A DNA stretch of 64,000 nt from Candidatus Hydrogenedentota bacterium (GTDB taxonomy: Bacteria; Hydrogenedentota; Hydrogenedentia; Hydrogenedentales; SLHB01), in the NCBI GenBank assembly GCA_963745075.1, contig CAVUWV010000009.1, positions 234,351 through 298,350 on the forward strand, in the 5' to 3' direction. The notes beneath the pieces are model-generated. The model was not told where the DNA came from. It was given only the letters and a program-made list of their open reading frames with translations, and ran no database searches. This document shows positions 60,211 to 64,000 of this stretch, in pieces (positions within the stretch are counted from its first letter, which is position 1; each line of letters starts with the position of its first letter). A program made the position numbers and the translations under genes.

Positions 60211-61659
60211 ATGAGAATCTTTGAATGCCGACGGCTCCGGGGGTTGACGCTTCTTCTCACCATTTTCGGTATTGGACTGCTGTCCGGATGCGCGGGTCTG
60301 GGAACGCCCGCTGTACCCGGCGCGCAGGAAACTGCGCTGGACCGCTACGTCGCCAAGCCCGATCCAACCTACACCTACAATCTGGCAAAGACAATCGAAG
60401 GCGAAGGCTACACCGCGTACATCATCGACCTGACCTCGCAAACGTGGCGGTCTCCCGATGAAGTCGATCGACCGGTCTGGAAGCATTGGTTGTCCATCGT
60501 GAAACCCGACGAGGTTCGCACCAGTACCGGCCTCATGTACATCGGTGGGGGGTCGAATGGCAGGCCTGCTCCCGACCGCGTCGATGGTGGTTTCGCCAAG
60601 ATTGCAACGGCGACGGGATCGGTTGTGGCATCAATTGGCCAGGTGCCGAACGAGCCATTGGTCTTCTCCGACGATAAGGAAAACCGCTCGGAAGACGAAA
60701 TCATCGCCTACACGTGGGATAAATACATGCGCACCGGTGACGACACCTGGCCCGCGCGCCTGCCCATGACCAAGAGCGTGGTGCGCGCCATGGATACCGT
60801 CACCAATTTCCTCGCGAGCGCGGAAGGCGGCGGGGTCACCGTCGACCGCTACGTCGTCGCGGGCGGTTCCAAACGGGGCTGGACCACGTGGACTACGGCC
60901 GCCGTCGATGACCGCGTAATCGCCATCTGCCCCATCGTAATCGACATGCTGAACATAGTCCCGTCGTTCATGCATCACTGGGAAGCCTATGGATTCTGGG
61001 CGCCCGCTGTCGGCGACTACGTGCAAATGGGCATCATGGACTGGATGGGCACGCCGGAGTACGAGTCGTTGCTCAAGATTGTCGAACCCTACGAATACCG
61101 TTCCCGCTACACCATGCCAAAGCTCATGATGAACGCGACCGGCGATCAGTTCTTCCTGCCCGATTCAGCCCAGTTCTACTTCAAGGATCTGCCCGGCGAA
61201 AAGTACCTCCGCTACGTGCCGAACGCCGACCACGGCATGGACGGCACCGACGCGCTGCAAACGCTGCTGGCCTTCTATGGAACGGTCGTAAACGGAACGC
61301 CCCGGCCCCAGTTCTCGTGGACGGTTGAATCGGACGACTCCATTCGCGTTCAGGTCGTGGATAAACCGGCCGAGGTGAAACTGTGGCAGGCGACCAATCC
61401 GGACGCCCGGGACTTTCGTGTGGATACCATCGGCAGGGTCTGGACCAGTTCCGAACTTACGGACCAGGGTGGCGGCGTGTATGTCGGAAGCGTCCCCAAG
61501 CCTCCCAAGGGATGGACCGCTTTCTTTGTCGAATTGACGTACCCGGTAGGCGGTCCCGTGCCTTTGAAAGTCACCACCCAGGTGAAGGTGGTTCCCGACG
61601 TGCTTCCGTTCACCTACGAGCCGCCCGCAAAAGCTCCGAAAGGATTCCTGTCCAAGTAA
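60211..61659 (+). CDS. pqaA: PhoPQ-activated pathogenicity-related protein PqaA family (lipoprotein)
   Basis: Lipobox LLSGC; LTSQTW, VPNEPL, PMTKS, GGSKRGWTTW, GDQFFLPD, PNADH. Confidence 0.9.
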   Translation: MRIFECRRLRGLTLLLTIFGIGLLSGCAGLGTPAVPGAQETALDRYVAKPDPTYTYNLAKTIEGEGYTAYIIDLTSQTWRSPDEVDRPVWKHWLSIVKPDEVRTSTGLMYIGGGSNGRPAPDRVDGGFAKIATATGSVVASIGQVPNEPLVFSDDKENRSEDEIIAYTWDKYMRTGDDTWPARLPMTKSVVRAMDTVTNFLASAEGGGVTVDRYVVAGGSKRGWTTWTTAAVDDRVIAICPIVIDMLNIVPSFMHHWEAYGFWAPAVGDYVQMGIMDWMGTPEYESLLKIVEPYEYRSRYTMPKLMMNATGDQFFLPDSAQFYFKDLPGEKYLRYVPNADHGMDGTDALQTLLAFYGTVVNGTPRPQFSWTVESDDSIRVQVVDKPAEVKLWQATNPDARDFRVDTIGRVWTSSELTDQGGGVYVGSVPKPPKGWTAFFVELTYPVGGPVPLKVTTQVKVVPDVLPFTYEPPAKAPKGFLSK

Positions 61660-61758
61660 TGTCGTTCTTCGATCGCCGCCTTCCGGTTCGTTGCCAGCTT
61701 ACGAACCGGAAGGCGTTTCATTTTGCATACACCCAAAAACCGATGGAGGACTCCCACC

Positions 61759-62226
61759 GTGAATCTGCCTGAACCCATCGCTCAAGCAACCAAACCACTG
61801 TTCGACGTTTTGCCGCTTGACGCCGCCATGGAAGCGCTGGTCGTAACCGATTCGGCCCCCCCGTCTCACGTTGCACTCGTGGAAAGCATCGTCGCGGTTC
61901 CCGCCATCGCCGCCAAACCGGCCCTGTGCGCGGCGCTTTGGTTATACGCGGACGAACTGGACCGAAGCCACGTCATCAGCCAGGGAATCCCCGATGCCAC
62001 CGGCTCGTTCTGGCACGGGATCATGCACCGGCGCGAAGGCGACTTCGGAAACAGCCATTACTGGTTCCACAAAGTTGGCGATCATCCGGTGACGAGAGAG
62101 ATTCCCGATTACGATCCGCATACCTTCATCGACGAGGTGGAACGGCGTTACCGAGGTGACGCACCGGACTTGGTCGCGCTTCAACGCTGCGAATGGGAGA
62201 CCCTCTTCGCGTGGTGCGCCGCATGA
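61759..62226 (+). CDS. Conserved hypothetical protein
   Basis: GTG after GGAGGA; SH..SQ, FWHGIMHRREGDFGNSHYWF motif. Confidence 0.75.
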   Translation: MNLPEPIAQATKPLFDVLPLDAAMEALVVTDSAPPSHVALVESIVAVPAIAAKPALCAALWLYADELDRSHVISQGIPDATGSFWHGIMHRREGDFGNSHYWFHKVGDHPVTREIPDYDPHTFIDEVERRYRGDAPDLVALQRCEWETLFAWCAA

Positions 62227-62327
62227 GCCATCGGTGCGCAACTCGTCTGCTTACCATTGTTTAGGATTGTCCTCTACCTGTAGCCACACTCTTAACAAGT
62301 AATCACTCACCCTCTGTTTGCAATCCT

Positions 62328-62347
62328 ATCGTGAAATATGGCACGAT
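62328..62347. promoter_or_regulatory. Rex-like operator palindrome
   Basis: ATCGTG-AAATATGG-CACGAT (GTG-N8-CAC) upstream of a respiratory operon. Confidence 0.45.
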
Positions 62348-62459
62348 TTCCCCGGCCTTTCATCAACGGACTCCGTTGCCGTGATACTGCAAACCGGTCC
62401 CATCGGCACCGGTCCCTCGCGGCAGGCGATCCGGGGGATATCCGAAGAGGAGTGTGTGA

Positions 62460-63617
62460 ATGGAGCCGTTCCCTGTCGTCGATCCGATCCCGGTGCCGGC
62501 GCCGATCTGGCTGTTCAAGGCCTTGCACACGGTGACGCTGGCGCTGCACTTTGTTTCCGTCCAATTTCTGGTGGGCGGGCTCGCCCTGGCCGTGTTATGG
62601 GCGTTTCTCGGCAAGTCTCGCCGCGACGACGTCCTCCTCGAATCATCGGGGCTCGTTACGCAGCGTCTGCCCATTGTGATGACCTACGTGATCAATTTGG
62701 GTGTTCCGCCCTTGCTCTTTTCCCAAGTGCTCTACGGACCCTCCCTGTATACCAGCAGCGTCCTGATCGGCGTGTGGTGGATCAGCGTCATCGCGATGCT
62801 GATCGTCTCGTATTCCTTTCTCTACATCATGTCGAAACGCAGCGACGCCGGCAAATTCGCGGGATGGGCGGGGCTCATCGCCCTCATCGTCGTCCTCAAA
62901 ATCGGGTTCATCTATACCAACAACATGACCTTGATGCTGCGCCCTGAGTCGTGGACCCGGATGTACCAAAACAGCCCGGGCGGTTTTCAGTTCAACTCCG
63001 GCGATCCCACCGTGGCGCCGCGTTGGCTGTACATGATGCTCAGCTCCGTCGGCGTAACGGGATTTGCCCTGGTCCTGCTCGCCATGAAGAAGGATATAAA
63101 CGCCGGTGCGTCGCAGTTTCTGACACGTTGGGGCGGCCGGCTCCTCGCGGGTTTCACGGTGATTCAGCTCCTGCTGGGGTACTGGGTCTTCCGGTCGCAA
63201 CCCGGCGCTGTTCGAGAAGGGTTGCTTACCGGCGCTTTCTATCCCGGGATGATCGGATTGTGGGCGGTATGCGCGTTGGCCGCCATAGCCGCGGGAGCGA
63301 TACTGTCCACGCGACCGCGCGCGAACGGCCTGATTGCCACGGTCGTCGGTCTTGTTGCGTTCCTCAACGTATTCGCGATGGTCCTGCTGCGCGACGGCAT
63401 CCGCGATATTACGCTTGCCGGCAAAGGGTTCGACGTCTGGGCGCTTCCGGTGGCGACCAACTGGTCCACCGTTATCGTCTTCTTGGTTTGTTTTGTGTTG
63501 GCGCTCGGTATGATGGCGTGGTTGATCTCGGTCGTAGCTCGGGCAAAGCCCCTGCCAGATCCCCGCACCGCTATCGTAGACGCAGCGAAAGGATTGGATG
63601 TAGACCATGGCGGATGA
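62460..63617 (+). CDS. Polytopic membrane protein, CydA-like (cytochrome bd subunit I superfamily)
   Basis: About 9 TM helices, His in TM1 (TLALHF), LGVPPLLFSQVLYG, LMLRPESW, PRWL. Confidence 0.5.
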   Translation: MEPFPVVDPIPVPAPIWLFKALHTVTLALHFVSVQFLVGGLALAVLWAFLGKSRRDDVLLESSGLVTQRLPIVMTYVINLGVPPLLFSQVLYGPSLYTSSVLIGVWWISVIAMLIVSYSFLYIMSKRSDAGKFAGWAGLIALIVVLKIGFIYTNNMTLMLRPESWTRMYQNSPGGFQFNSGDPTVAPRWLYMMLSSVGVTGFALVLLAMKKDINAGASQFLTRWGGRLLAGFTVIQLLLGYWVFRSQPGAVREGLLTGAFYPGMIGLWAVCALAAIAAGAILSTRPRANGLIATVVGLVAFLNVFAMVLLRDGIRDITLAGKGFDVWALPVATNWSTVIVFLVCFVLALGMMAWLISVVARAKPLPDPRTAIVDAAKGLDVDHGG

Positions 63618-64000
63618 CAGCAAGACTCCGGATGATTCGGCCATCATCGGCAAGCGTGGCGCGCCGACCCGGCGGGTCTTTGTGAGGACCGGACTCGGCG
63701 TCATGGGAGCCTGCTACGCCGGCGCGATCGGATATCCTATCTACCGGTACCTCGCAACACCGGCCGTCCGGGCCGCGGAAATGGGATCTATCACGGAGGT
63801 GTCCTTTCCCGAGACCGACATGCCGCCGGAGGGTTCCGCGCTCCGGTTCATGTTCGGAAACCGGCCGGCGCTCCTGATTCATCACAGTGATGGAAGCAAG
63901 GTCTGCTTCGACGCCGTGTGCACCCATCTCGGCTGCACGGTCGAGTTCCAGCCCAACGAGAAGCGGATCCACTGCGCTTGTCACGGGGGCACCTACGACA
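63607..64000 (+). CDS. Rieske [2Fe-2S] protein with Tat/TM anchor (partial, runs off the right edge)
   Basis: Manual translation: MADDSK...TRRVFVR...TM...VCTHLGCTV...HCACHGGTYD. Confidence 0.93.
   Translation, partial: MADDSKTPDDSAIIGKRGAPTRRVFVRTGLGVMGACYAGAIGYPIYRYLATPAVRAAEMGSITEVSFPETDMPPEGSALRFMFGNRPALLIHHSDGSKVCFDAVCTHLGCTVEFQPNEKRIHCACHGGTYD

Noticed and set aside
62339..62356. Sigma54 promoter (TGGCACG) before the respiratory operon
   Set aside because: The -12 GC element is missing; the sequence is better explained as half of the Rex-like palindrome.
1..64000. CRISPR array, tRNA/rRNA, transposase, integrase, reverse transcriptase/DGR or prophage genes
   Set aside because: No regularly spaced repeats, cloverleaf/T-loop signatures, or RT/recombinase/transposase motifs were seen by eye in any ORF or intergenic gap.

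Overview
A 64-kb, high-GC chromosomal window from a diderm bacterium (bamA, skp and lpx genes; the gene content resembles PVC/Hydrogenedentota-type genomes, but this cannot be confirmed from sequence alone). It holds about 48 protein genes: purM-purL-purQ with a divergent LysR, an RND efflux pair, a glycan-degradation cluster (FG-GAP/DUF4091-like, heparinase II/III-like, propeller glycosidase, Tat-AKR), mcsA-mcsB-clpC-bamA-skp-lpxD-lpxC/fabZ, rpmG, xseAB, three secreted beta-sandwich (carboxypeptidase-regulatory-like) repeat proteins, a PilGHI/Xap-like ABC exporter, PqaA, and the start of a CydA-like + Rieske respiratory operon. I found no rRNA, tRNA, CRISPR array, transposase, integrase or reverse transcriptase. 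Twelve frameshifts, all consistent with +1 insertions, point to long-read indel error rather than real pseudogenes. The best leads are: (1) an McsB whose catalytic motifs are degenerate, in a locus where ClpC is translationally coupled to BamA; (2) a 3-kb surface-protein gene flanked by a 37-bp direct repeat that duplicates the 3' end of the neighbouring exporter-accessory gene; (3) a structured ~150-nt sRNA candidate upstream of xseA; (4) a zinc-ribbon/TPR/degenerate PLC-P1-nuclease operon; (5) several REP/REPIN-like palindromic elements.
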